Source: Gemmatimonadota bacterium (GTDB taxonomy: Bacteria; Gemmatimonadota; Gemmatimonadetes; Longimicrobiales; Gaopeijiaceae). From it: a stretch of 64,000 nt of DNA. How positions within the stretch are numbered: the stretch's first letter is position 1; the number at the start of each line of letters is the position of its first letter. The DNA is taken from NCBI GenBank assembly GCA_039589315.1, contig JBDHHQ010000001.1, positions 1-64,000 on the forward strand, read 5' to 3'. Both the position numbers and the translations under genes were made by a program. The notes beneath the pieces are model-generated. The model was not told the origin of the DNA. It was given only the letters and a program-made list of their open reading frames with translations, and did no database searches. Below, one piece after another: positions 42,257 through 51,564 of the stretch.

Positions 42257-43030
42257 TCAGGCGGGTCGCCGCTCGCGCATCGCCCTGCGGACGCCGTCGA
42301 CGTAGCGCTGGTAGATGCGGCGCCCCGTCTCGGCCGACGCGCGCGACGGGCGACCGACGGCCCCCTGCGAAGAGGGCGGGGGTGTGGGGACACGTCCCCG
42401 CACATATCTTCGCAGGGTTCCGGGGGCCAGGAGGTAGTCCGCGATCATCCGGGTGCGCACACGCTCCGGCGCCAGGTGCAGGAGCAGGGAAGTCTCCACC
42501 TCGCCCGCATGCTCGGCCTCCGGCGACACCTCGATGACGTCGCTCACGTCGATGGCGTAGAGATCGACCACCGTGGTGACGGACTTGGTGGTGAGGGCCA
42601 TGAGAAGGGCATCCACATGGGGCTCGTACCGATGGGCCGTAACGATGATGAACTCCTGGAAACCGTGGTCCTCCCAACTGGCGAGGAGCTCGTTGACGGC
42701 CCTGTGGAACGTCTTGCGCCGGAGAGCGGCCGTGCCGGAATACGGGTGCTTGGCCGGCAGCCCGACGCCATAGGGGAATACGGGCCCGCGCAGGATTCCC
42801 AGATCCTCAGAGAGATCCCGGGCAACGTGGGTCGCGATGAACGTGTTGGTGCCGAGCGGCAGGTGGGGACCGTGCTGCTCCAGGGCTCCGACAGGAAGGA
42901 TCAGCCTGGGATCCCGGACGACGGCTCTGCTGACCTCCCTCCACGTGAGCTCGTCCAGGGCGTATGACGGCGGACCCGACCGCGCCGGCCGCTCCGGGAA
43001 GGGCTCCTCGCCTGCGTCGGCTTCTGTCAT
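42257..43030 (-). CDS. Creatininase family protein (divergent active site)
   Basis: LDELTW, PVGALEQHGPHLPLGT, EHAGEVETS. Confidence 0.85.
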   Translation of the reverse strand: MTEADAGEEPFPERPARSGPPSYALDELTWREVSRAVVRDPRLILPVGALEQHGPHLPLGTNTFIATHVARDLSEDLGILRGPVFPYGVGLPAKHPYSGTAALRRKTFHRAVNELLASWEDHGFQEFIIVTAHRYEPHVDALLMALTTKSVTTVVDLYAIDVSDVIEVSPEAEHAGEVETSLLLHLAPERVRTRMIADYLLAPGTLRRYVRGRVPTPPPSSQGAVGRPSRASAETGRRIYQRYVDGVRRAMRERRPA

Positions 43031-46000
43031 CGTTCGGCCCTTGGGTCGGCGTTGTCGTGTTGGGCGCGTGGCTCCGCTGGCACAGCCCGTGGCTTCTCGT
43101 GGTCGGCGTCGCCTGCGTTGTCGCGTGGACCCTGTCGCCCCGTCCCTGGTCCAAGCTCCAGGCCCTGGGGATCGCCCTCACGGTCGGGGCCATCACCGCC
43201 GGGTTCGCCACGTACCCGGACCTGGTCCCGTTCGAACGCGACTGGGCGGAGCACTGGTCCGCCCGGGAGGCCGAGCTCGTTGAGCTGCTGCGAACCGACC
43301 TCCGGGCGTTGACCGATGCCGGTGAGCTGGCCGCCGACCGGATCGCCGCCCTGAGCGACTCGCTGCAGGGCGGCGATCTCGACCGCGCCCTGTCCTCGCT
43401 GCGCCGCGAGACCGGGATGGCCGGCCTGGCGGTGTACGGCCCGGGCCCGAACCCTCGCCTGGTCACCTGGGATGGCGCCCACCAGGGCCAGGTCCCCGCC
43501 CAGGTCACGCTGGGCCGGCGCAGGTTCTCCTACGGGGAGAGTCCGCTCTTCAGCTATCTATACATTACGGCCCCGGTGGAGGGTACGGGAGGGACTGCCG
43601 TAGCGGCCGCTCTCCTCCGGGCCGAGTTGCCCCCGGGCCTGCAGGGCAGCGAAGACGACTTCGCGGTACGCTTTCGCCGCCAGACGGGTGAGTCCATCCG
43701 GATCTTCGCCCCGCACCGGGTCGTCGCCGAGACCGTCTGGGACTTCCTGATCGAGGACCGGAGCCTCTTTGCCGTGGCCGTCGCACAGCCGTCTCGGACC
43801 GAGCGGCGCGCGGACGCCCTGCTCGCATGGTCGCGAGTCGTCCTGGCACTCCTGATAGGCGCCTGGCTCTTCCTGGCGCTCGGCGGACACGGAAGGACCC
43901 TACAGCTCCCCCTGGCGGCGGCCTCACTTCTGGTCCTGGCCGTTCTGGTCCCGCTGGACCCGCTGCTGAGAGGCGAGACGTACCTGTCGTCGGCCCAGTT
44001 CCTCCTGCCCGGACCGCTCACGGTCACCCTCGTGCCGCTCCTGGCCCTGGCGGTGGCAGGGGCATTCGTGGCGGGTCTGCTCATGCCGCGGGGCCCGGGA
44101 AGGGTGAGGATGCCATGGATTCCAGCGCTGCTCCTGGTGGGCGTGGGCTTTCCGCTGCTTGGCGGCGTCATGTTGGAGGGGGCATCCGGCTCCTTGCTGT
44201 CGGGGCCGGAGCGCAGCTTCGTGGCCTTCCAGTCTGCGCTGGCCCTTTTGCTCACTCTGCCGGCCTACGGCGCGCTGCGATCCATCCAACTGAGGCCGGG
44301 GCGCCGGGGTGCGCCGGCCGCCTTTCTGTCGGGCATCGCCATACCGCTGCTCATGGTGGCCTACGCCTCCATGTTCGTCCGTCAGTTCGGCTCCTTTCCC
44401 ACCTGGGCGCTGGCCTTCTGGGCGGTCCCGGCCGGGCTGATCGGCTATGGCCTGGATCGTCGCGGTCGGGGTTGGCGGTCGGTGCCACGCTGGATTCTGG
44501 CGGGCCTACTGGGTGCCACGGCGGCGCTCAGCCTGGCCTGGGGGGCGCGGGTCGACGCTCGGATCCAGGCCGCCGAGGACCGGATGACCAACCTGGGCGT
44601 GCAGGTCGATCCGTACCTGGAGTTCCTGCTGCGCCGTTTCGGAAGCCGGGCCCAAGCCCTGGACGCGAGCGGCGCGGGCGCCGTCGAGATCCTGTACCGC
44701 AGCTGGGTCGACAGCGAGTTGGCGCGGGAGGGTTACCCGGTCTGGTTGACGCTCTGGTCCCCCGGTGACCTGCCCCAGGAGGAGTTCCGGATCGGCGTGT
44801 CCGAGTCTCGGCCCGGGGTGGCCGACGACTTCCTCTCAGCTGCCCGGCAATCGGACACCGTAGCCATCCATCCCCTCGCCCGGGCGGATGCCAACTACCT
44901 CGCGGTGGTCCCGCTCCGAGCAGGTGCCGTGGTCACGGCCACCGTCCCGCCGCGCCGGGAGGCGTCGGCCACCTCGCCCCTGAGCGACCTGTACGCGCCT
45001 GACCGAACCGTCCGGGAGGACCCCCTCACGTTGGTCCCGCTCCTCCCCGGAGACGTGGCCACGGCCGCCGAAACGCCCCGATGGTCCCCGGAGCCGGAGG
45101 GGTGGAGAGGGGAGATGCTTCTCACCACGCCGGAGCTGGAGTACGACGCCCACTTCCTCGTGGCCATCCCGGGCCCACTGGTGCTCAGCGCCCGAGCCAC
45201 CCTGATCCTTTTCCTCAACATGGTCACGTTCTTCGCGGCGTGGGGGGCCGGGCGAACCATGTCCCGGGGGCTACGCCCCCCCTTCGGCGGTTGGCTCGTC
45301 GCCGTCACGTCCTTCCGCGCCCGCATCACGCTCGCCCTTTTCGGGTTCTTCCTGCTGTCGAACGCGATCTTCGGCACCGTGGCGTTCCAGGCGCTCTCCA
45401 CCGCCACCCAGCGCGCCTCCGAGACCCTCGCGGAGCGGATCACGGAGGATGCCGCGGGCTGGTATTACGAGCTGTCGGGAGCCATGGAGCTGTTGGCTCG
45501 CCGAGTCGGTGGGGACCTGTTGGAATACCGGGACGGCGCCCTCCGCGACGGATCGGTGGAGGAGCTGGTGCGTCTGGGTGTCTACCCCGGCTGGCTCCCC
45601 CTGGACGTGCATCAGCTGCTGAGCAGCCGACGGGAGCTACGGACCGTGGAGCTGTCGGGCCTGGGCCGATTCGCCTACGCGACCGCTTTTCGACGCCTGC
45701 CCGACGGTGACGTCCTCGCGGCGCCGGTCTCGCTGCGGGCGGGCGCCGAGGCGGTGCGCCGCAGAGAGGTCATGGATCTGCTGGCCTTCGCGGTCATCGT
45801 CGGCGCGCTGCTCTCGTTGGGACTGGCCCTTCTCGTGGGTCGTGCCCTGGCCCGACCGCTCCTGATCCTCCAGGTGGCATCCGAGCGCGTGGGCGGCGGC
45901 AACCTCCGCGTCCGCCTGCCGGAGGAGCGAGCGGACGAGTTCGGCTCCGTGTTCGTGGCGTTCAATCGCATGGTGGGCCGGCTGCGCCGCGCTCGACGGG

Positions 46001-47100
46001 ACCTCGTGCGCACGACGCGCCGGACCGAGGCCATCGTGGAGGAAGCGGCGACCGGCGTCGTGGCGCTGGACGCTGCCGGCCGGGTCACCCTGGTGAACCC
46101 GCGGGCCGAGGGGCTGCTGGGTCGGCCCATCTCGGTGGCGAAGCCCCTGAGCGAGGAGGGCGGGCCGAGCGACGAGCTGGCCCGTTGGGTCCGGCTCTAC
46201 TTCCGGGACGGCGTGCGAGAGTCGGCGACCGACCTTCAGCTGGGGGACCGCCGCCTGCGGGTCCGGGCCCGACGCATCGAGCGCCAGGGGCCGCTGGGGG
46301 GTGCCGTCCTGAGCATCGAAGACGTAACCGACGAGCTGAGGACCGAGCGCATCCTGGCCTGGGGGGAGATGGCCCAGCAGGTGGCTCACGAGGTGAAGAA
46401 CCCACTCACCCCCATCAAGCTGAGCGTGCAGCACATCCGTCGTGCCTGGGAAGACCGCCGGAAGGACTTCAACGCGATCCTCACCAAGAACGTCGAGGCG
46501 ATTCTGGGTGAGATCGACCGGCTCGCGTCCATCGCCACCAGCTTCTCGCGCTTCGGCGCGCCCAGGGCCGCGGGCGAGGAACCCCTGGAGGGGGTGGATC
46601 TCGCCGAGGTGGTCGGAGAGACGCTGGCCCTCTATGGGAGCGGCGCCCCGGAGATCTCCTTCGAGGCATCCGTGGGAGCGGAGGTGCCGCGCGTCACGGC
46701 TCGGCCCGCCGAGTTGAAGGAGGTCCTGGTGAACCTCCTCGAGAACGCCCGCGCGGCCGTGGAGACCCACGGCGTCGTGAAGGTGGAGGCGTCGCTCGGT
46801 GCCGACACGGTGGAGCTGCGGGTGCGGGACAACGGCTCCGGCATCCCCGAGGAGCTCATGGGCCGTATCTTCGAGCCACACTTCTCGACGCGGTCCACCG
46901 GTACGGGACTGGGGCTCGCGATCGTGCGCCGCCTCGTGGAGTCGTGGGGCGGATCCGTGGATATCGAAAGCTCACCCGGACAGGGGACGGTGGTGAGGAT
47001 GGAGCTGGTGCCGTGGCAGGGCGGGGACTCGGCGACGCCTGTGGAGGAACCGGAAGCCCAGGGCGGTGCATCGGTTTCGCCGCAGGGCCCGGGTCTCTGA
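42964..47100 (+). CDS. Very large multi-TM sensor histidine kinase (HAMP-PAS-HisKA-HATPase, NtrY-like core)
   Basis: AHEVKNPLTPI, NLLENA, DNGSGI, FEPHFST, GTGLGL; start uncertain. Confidence 0.92.
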   Translation: MTADPTAPAAPGRAPRLRRLLSSFGPWVGVVVLGAWLRWHSPWLLVVGVACVVAWTLSPRPWSKLQALGIALTVGAITAGFATYPDLVPFERDWAEHWSAREAELVELLRTDLRALTDAGELAADRIAALSDSLQGGDLDRALSSLRRETGMAGLAVYGPGPNPRLVTWDGAHQGQVPAQVTLGRRRFSYGESPLFSYLYITAPVEGTGGTAVAAALLRAELPPGLQGSEDDFAVRFRRQTGESIRIFAPHRVVAETVWDFLIEDRSLFAVAVAQPSRTERRADALLAWSRVVLALLIGAWLFLALGGHGRTLQLPLAAASLLVLAVLVPLDPLLRGETYLSSAQFLLPGPLTVTLVPLLALAVAGAFVAGLLMPRGPGRVRMPWIPALLLVGVGFPLLGGVMLEGASGSLLSGPERSFVAFQSALALLLTLPAYGALRSIQLRPGRRGAPAAFLSGIAIPLLMVAYASMFVRQFGSFPTWALAFWAVPAGLIGYGLDRRGRGWRSVPRWILAGLLGATAALSLAWGARVDARIQAAEDRMTNLGVQVDPYLEFLLRRFGSRAQALDASGAGAVEILYRSWVDSELAREGYPVWLTLWSPGDLPQEEFRIGVSESRPGVADDFLSAARQSDTVAIHPLARADANYLAVVPLRAGAVVTATVPPRREASATSPLSDLYAPDRTVREDPLTLVPLLPGDVATAAETPRWSPEPEGWRGEMLLTTPELEYDAHFLVAIPGPLVLSARATLILFLNMVTFFAAWGAGRTMSRGLRPPFGGWLVAVTSFRARITLALFGFFLLSNAIFGTVAFQALSTATQRASETLAERITEDAAGWYYELSGAMELLARRVGGDLLEYRDGALRDGSVEELVRLGVYPGWLPLDVHQLLSSRRELRTVELSGLGRFAYATAFRRLPDGDVLAAPVSLRAGAEAVRRREVMDLLAFAVIVGALLSLGLALLVGRALARPLLILQVASERVGGGNLRVRLPEERADEFGSVFVAFNRMVGRLRRARRDLVRTTRRTEAIVEEAATGVVALDAAGRVTLVNPRAEGLLGRPISVAKPLSEEGGPSDELARWVRLYFRDGVRESATDLQLGDRRLRVRARRIERQGPLGGAVLSIEDVTDELRTERILAWGEMAQQVAHEVKNPLTPIKLSVQHIRRAWEDRRKDFNAILTKNVEAILGEIDRLASIATSFSRFGAPRAAGEEPLEGVDLAEVVGETLALYGSGAPEISFEASVGAEVPRVTARPAELKEVLVNLLENARAAVETHGVVKVEASLGADTVELRVRDNGSGIPEELMGRIFEPHFSTRSTGTGLGLAIVRRLVESWGGSVDIESSPGQGTVVRMELVPWQGGDSATPVEEPEAQGGASVSPQGPGL

Positions 47101-47321
47101 CGCTCTGTGCCTGACGCCGGTCCCGGCGGGCTTCATGCCCGAGCGCCCCTCGGTGGCAATCTACTCCAGTCCCGCTATCTTTCGAATCGTCCGTCTCCGC
47201 CAGGCTCCCAACCGTGCGAACGGCAGATGACCCCTTGAAAACCGGCAAAAGCACGTCTCGGCCGCCGCAGCGTGCGGTGGTCCACACACCCGGGCAAAGA
47301 CACGACAGGAAGCTCAGACCC

Positions 47322-47867
47322 TTGGATCTCGCGCAGTGGGTCGACGCCAACGCGGAGCGATTGGCCGAGCGCTGGCTCGCCGAGGTCGCTGCGCGGTCCG
47401 GCCCGTGGCCCGACGAGATTCGGGACCTGGTGAGCCGGTTCATGGGCCTTTTCGTTTCGCTGCTGCCGGTGAGCGTGGGCCCCCTTCGGGCTCAGTTCGA
47501 GCCCCTCTGGCTCGAGGCGGCGGAGCTCTATGGATCGGTCTCCGCGATGCGCGGACTCGCCGCCGGGGAAGTCATCGAGGAATTCCAGTCCCTGAGGGAG
47601 GCGCTGATTCGGGCCCTCTACGAGCGTCCGCCCAAGGACGGGCACGAGCCCCTGTCACTCCGAGAGATCCTGACGCTGAATCGCATCGTCGATCAGGGCG
47701 TGACGCAGGCGAGCGTCGGTCACACGGACGCCCTCTTCTTCGCCCTGTTCCAGGGCTCGGGACTGCCGGCTTCCCCGACCGCCCAGCTCCTGGCCGAGGT
47801 CCGGGAGCAGATCGACGGCGTGGCGAGCGAGCGGGACGCGATCCTGGCGGACGTGCGGCGCCACTGA
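47322..47867 (+). CDS. All-helical hypothetical protein (RsbRD-N/globin-like sensor fold suspected)
   Basis: LAERWLAEV, G..AMRGLAAGEVIEEFQSLRE; start could be 47214. Confidence 0.55.
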   Translation: MDLAQWVDANAERLAERWLAEVAARSGPWPDEIRDLVSRFMGLFVSLLPVSVGPLRAQFEPLWLEAAELYGSVSAMRGLAAGEVIEEFQSLREALIRALYERPPKDGHEPLSLREILTLNRIVDQGVTQASVGHTDALFFALFQGSGLPASPTAQLLAEVREQIDGVASERDAILADVRRH

Positions 47868-47927
47868 GCCGGGGGCTCGCCCGACGGCGTATCGCCGCTC
47901 TGAGGCCCCCTCGGTGGGGCCGATCCG

Positions 47928-48374
47928 TCAACGCCTCTTCGCGAGGAAGTCCCGGAGCTTCCGTTCTGACGGCAGAGCCAGCATCATGGCGAGCAGCACC
48001 ACCGCCGCCAGTCCCAGCCCCCACGCGAGGTCGCCCGTCAACAGTGCCACCACGACGGCGAGGAGGGCGGCCCCTTCGCGCAGGGCCATGCCGACAATGA
48101 CCGCATTGCCGAACCGGACCGTGGCCTCGGCACGGTCGGCTCCGGCCGGCACCTTCTTCAGGGCGGATTCGAGAAGAGGGGCCACCACCAACGACAGCAA
48201 CACGTACCCGGCGGTCACCGGGAGCAGGAGGCCCTCGATCCCTGGCGCCACGGGCTCGAAGCCGCTCGAGCTCAAGACGGCCACGACGACGCCGAGCACG
48301 ACCACACCCCCCATGAGGGCCGCGCAGACGATGCGGAGAATGCGGAGGGCCTCGTCGTCCTTCCCGTGCGGCAT
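47928..48374 (-). CDS. Hypothetical membrane protein (about 4 TM)
   Basis: Hydrophobic segments, ALREGAAL; GAGG RBS. Confidence 0.7.
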   Translation of the reverse strand: MPHGKDDEALRILRIVCAALMGGVVVLGVVVAVLSSSGFEPVAPGIEGLLLPVTAGYVLLSLVVAPLLESALKKVPAGADRAEATVRFGNAVIVGMALREGAALLAVVVALLTGDLAWGLGLAAVVLLAMMLALPSERKLRDFLAKRR

Positions 48375-48476
48375 CCCTTCCTCCGTCAAGATGGACGGAC
48401 GCCCGGGGTCCGATTCCCGGGGCGTCGCGCCGACCCGCATGGCCGACGCGGGGTCCTCGTGGGCCGATGCGCACGG

Positions 48477-49853
48477 CTACGCCTCCCGGACCTCCCGGGC
48501 GAGGTTGACCATGGAGTCGTGGGCGTCGCCGAAGAACATGTAGGTCTTGTCCATGTAGAACAGATCGTTGTCTATGCCGGCGAACCCCGGGCTCAGGCTC
48601 CGCTTCATGACGATGACGTTCCGGGCGTGGTCCACGTCCAGGATCGGCATGCCGGCGATGATGCTGTCGGGATCCCGCGCCGCGGGATTCACCACGTCGT
48701 TGGCGCCCACGAGCAAGACCACGTCGGTGCGCGCGAACTCGTCGTTGATCTCGTCGAGGTCGTAGAGCTGGGTGTAGGGCACGTCGGCCTCGGCCAGCAG
48801 CACGTTCATGTGCCCGGGCATGCGGCCGGCCACGGGGTGGATGGCGAACTTCACGTCGACGCCTCGGTCCCCCAGCAGATCACTGACCTTGCGGAGCTCG
48901 TGCTGGGCCTGGGCCACGGCCAGGCCGTACCCCGGTACCACGATGACGGACTGGGCGTAGGCCATCATCATGGCAGCGCCCTCGGCGTCGATGTCCCGGA
49001 CGGACTTGTCACCCGTGGCCCCGGCAGTGATCTGGGCCGTGCCGCCCCCGAAGGCCCCGAACGCCACGTTGGCCAACGACCGGTTCATGGCCTTGCACAT
49101 GAGCTGGGTCAGGATCAGCCCGGCCGCACCCACGAGGGCGCCCGAGATGATCAGCACGTTGTTCCCGAGCACGAAGCCCGTGGCCGACGCGGCCAGCCCC
49201 GAGTAGGAGTTCAGCAGCGAGATCACGACCGGCATGTCGGCGCCGCCGATCGGGATCACCAGCAGCACGCCAAGGATCAGCGCTACGACGGCGAAGGCGA
49301 GGAAGACGTTTTGGTCCGGCGCCACGAGCACCAGGTAGACCCCGGCGGCGACCAGCGCGAGAAAGACCAGCAGGTTGACGAAGTTGGCCCCGGGGTATGT
49401 GACCGGCTTTCCCGTGACGATGCCCTGCAGCTTGCCGAATGCGATGAAGCTCCCGGACAGCGTCACGGCGCCGATCAGCACGCCCAGCACGATGGTCGTT
49501 CCCTCCGTGCCCGGCATCTGTCCCTGGTTGGAGAGGCGCAGGAACTCCGCAGCCGCCACCAGGGCCGAGGCGCCGCCGCCGAATCCGTTGAAGATCCCCA
49601 CCATCTGGGGCATGGCCGTCATCTTCACGGTCCGCGCCGCGATGCCGCCGATGAGGGACCCGATCACCACCCCGACCAGGATGCCCCGCCAGTCCAACAC
49701 CTGGTTGTCGAGCAGCGTGACGATGATGGCGATCAGCATCGCCAGGGCGGCCAGGGCGTTGCCGTTCCGGGCGGTGACAGGGGACTGGAGCTTCTTGATG
49801 CCGACGACGAAGAGGATCGCCGAGACCAGATAGGCGAGATCGATCATGATCAC
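48477..49853 (-). CDS. pntB: NAD(P) transhydrogenase beta subunit
   Basis: MPQMV, GGADMPVVISLLNSYSG, HPVAGRMPGHMNVLLAEA, GANDVVNP. Confidence 0.97.
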   Translation of the reverse strand: MIMIDLAYLVSAILFVVGIKKLQSPVTARNGNALAALAMLIAIIVTLLDNQVLDWRGILVGVVIGSLIGGIAARTVKMTAMPQMVGIFNGFGGGASALVAAAEFLRLSNQGQMPGTEGTTIVLGVLIGAVTLSGSFIAFGKLQGIVTGKPVTYPGANFVNLLVFLALVAAGVYLVLVAPDQNVFLAFAVVALILGVLLVIPIGGADMPVVISLLNSYSGLAASATGFVLGNNVLIISGALVGAAGLILTQLMCKAMNRSLANVAFGAFGGGTAQITAGATGDKSVRDIDAEGAAMMMAYAQSVIVVPGYGLAVAQAQHELRKVSDLLGDRGVDVKFAIHPVAGRMPGHMNVLLAEADVPYTQLYDLDEINDEFARTDVVLLVGANDVVNPAARDPDSIIAGMPILDVDHARNVIVMKRSLSPGFAGIDNDLFYMDKTYMFFGDAHDSMVNLAREVREA

Positions 49854-50137
49854 GAGCCCCCGTCACGCTTGAACATCTGGAGCATCCGGTCGGTCACCAT
49901 GAAGCCACCCACCACGTTGATCATGGCCATGATGATGGCGAGCACGCCGAGCACCGTGGACAAGGGCCCCTCGGCCTGGGCCGAGACCACCAGGGCGCCA
50001 ATGATGGCGATCCCGCTGATGGCGTTGGCCCCGGACATGAGGGGCGTGTGGAGCGTGGGTGGGACCTTGGTGATGAGCTCCCGGCCGGCGATGGTCGCCA
50101 GCACGAACACGTACAGCCCGACGATCAGCTCACCCAC
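49850..50137 (-). CDS. pntAb: NAD(P) transhydrogenase alpha subunit part 2
   Basis: VPPTLHTPLMSGANAISG, INVVGGFMVTDRML. Confidence 0.95.
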   Translation of the reverse strand: MGELIVGLYVFVLATIAGRELITKVPPTLHTPLMSGANAISGIAIIGALVVSAQAEGPLSTVLGVLAIIMAMINVVGGFMVTDRMLQMFKRDGGS

Positions 50138-50178
50138 TCTGGGTGCCCCCTCTCAAGCGCGCTGATGACAGTACCACC

Positions 50179-51327
50179 CTAGGCCTCCTGACCCATGTGC
50201 TCGAGGGTCCGGCCGTGAACGACCTTCCCCCCGTGTGTGATGCACGTACCCGACACGATCTCGTCGTCGAAGTCCAGCTTCAGCTCCCCCTCCTCCACCA
50301 TGTCCAGCAGCAGCGTCGTGATGTTCTTCGAGTACATCTCGCTGGCGTGATACGGGAGCTCGCCGGGCAGGTTCGTTGGCGCCATCACCTTCACGCCGTT
50401 GTGCACGACCGTCTCCCCGAAGCGGCTCACCGCGCAGTTGCCGCCGCTGGCGCCAGCCAGATCCACGATCACCGAGCCCGGCTTCATGGATTCGACCATT
50501 CCCTCGGTGATGAGCAAGGGAGCCGGGCGTCCCGGGATCTGGGCGGTGGTAATGACGATGTCGGCCGCGTCGATGTGGCTCGCGATGAGGTCCAGCTCCC
50601 GCTGGTGCTGGTCCTGGGACAGCTCCTTCGCGTAGCCCCCCGCGTCCTCGGCGTCGGCTTCCATCTCGGCCTCGAGGAACTTGGCGCCCAGGCTCTCCAC
50701 CTGCTCCTTCACGGCGGCCCGAACGTCGAACGCCTCCACGATCGCGCCCAGCCTCCGAGCCGTGGCGATGGCCTGGAGGCCGGCCACTCCGGCACCCAGG
50801 ATCATGACCTTGCCGGGCCGGATGGTGCCGGCCGCCGTCATGAACATGGGAAGGAACTTGCCCAGGTTGTCCGCGCCGATGAGGACGGCCTTGTAGCCCG
50901 CCACGTTGGCCTGGGAGGAGAGGGCGTCCATGCGCTGTGCCCGAGTGATGCGCGGGATCTGATCCATGGCCATGGACGTAACGCCCGCCTCGGCCAGGCG
51001 CGTCACCAGGTCGAGGTTGGTCACGGGGCTCAGGAAGCTGATGATCGCCTGGCCGGACGAAAGGAGCGCCACCTCGTCGGTGCCGTCTCCCGTTGCCGGT
51101 GCGGCGACCTTGAGGACCACGCCGGCGCCCTCCAGTGCCGAGCGTGCGTCGTGTGCAATGGTCGCGCCTTCCGCCTCGTACGAGGCGTCGAGAAAGCCTG
51201 CGGCGGTGCCGGCGCCCGATTGGACGCATACCTCCAGGCCCGCGGAGACGAGGGACTTCACGCCGGTCGGAACCAGCGCGACGCGGTGCTCGTCCGCACG
51301 CGTCTCTCCCAGGACAGTCACCTTCAT
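50179..51327 (-). CDS. pntAa: NAD(P) transhydrogenase alpha subunit part 1
   Basis: RVALVP, PRITRAQRMDALSSQ, GAGVAGL, VDLAG..GGNC. Confidence 0.96.
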   Translation of the reverse strand: MKVTVLGETRADEHRVALVPTGVKSLVSAGLEVCVQSGAGTAAGFLDASYEAEGATIAHDARSALEGAGVVLKVAAPATGDGTDEVALLSSGQAIISFLSPVTNLDLVTRLAEAGVTSMAMDQIPRITRAQRMDALSSQANVAGYKAVLIGADNLGKFLPMFMTAAGTIRPGKVMILGAGVAGLQAIATARRLGAIVEAFDVRAAVKEQVESLGAKFLEAEMEADAEDAGGYAKELSQDQHQRELDLIASHIDAADIVITTAQIPGRPAPLLITEGMVESMKPGSVIVDLAGASGGNCAVSRFGETVVHNGVKVMAPTNLPGELPYHASEMYSKNITTLLLDMVEEGELKLDFDDEIVSGTCITHGGKVVHGRTLEHMGQEA

Positions 51328-51564
51328 GGCCGCTCCCGTTGTGGGCGGTTTCGAGGGAAAGGGGCGTAAAGCGCCCGGACGATAAGCGGGGGCCCCGGGC
51401 CCCGCAACGTCGGCACCGAACGAGCTTTGGGAGACACGCCTTGCGAGGTGGGAGAACGCCAGGCAGGATTCGGGTCGGGCGCCGGGCGGCACGACCGGAC
51501 CAGCTCGTGACCGGGCTCGTGACCGGGCTCGTGGCGTCCCGCGACCCCGTCCTCCGAGGATGCC

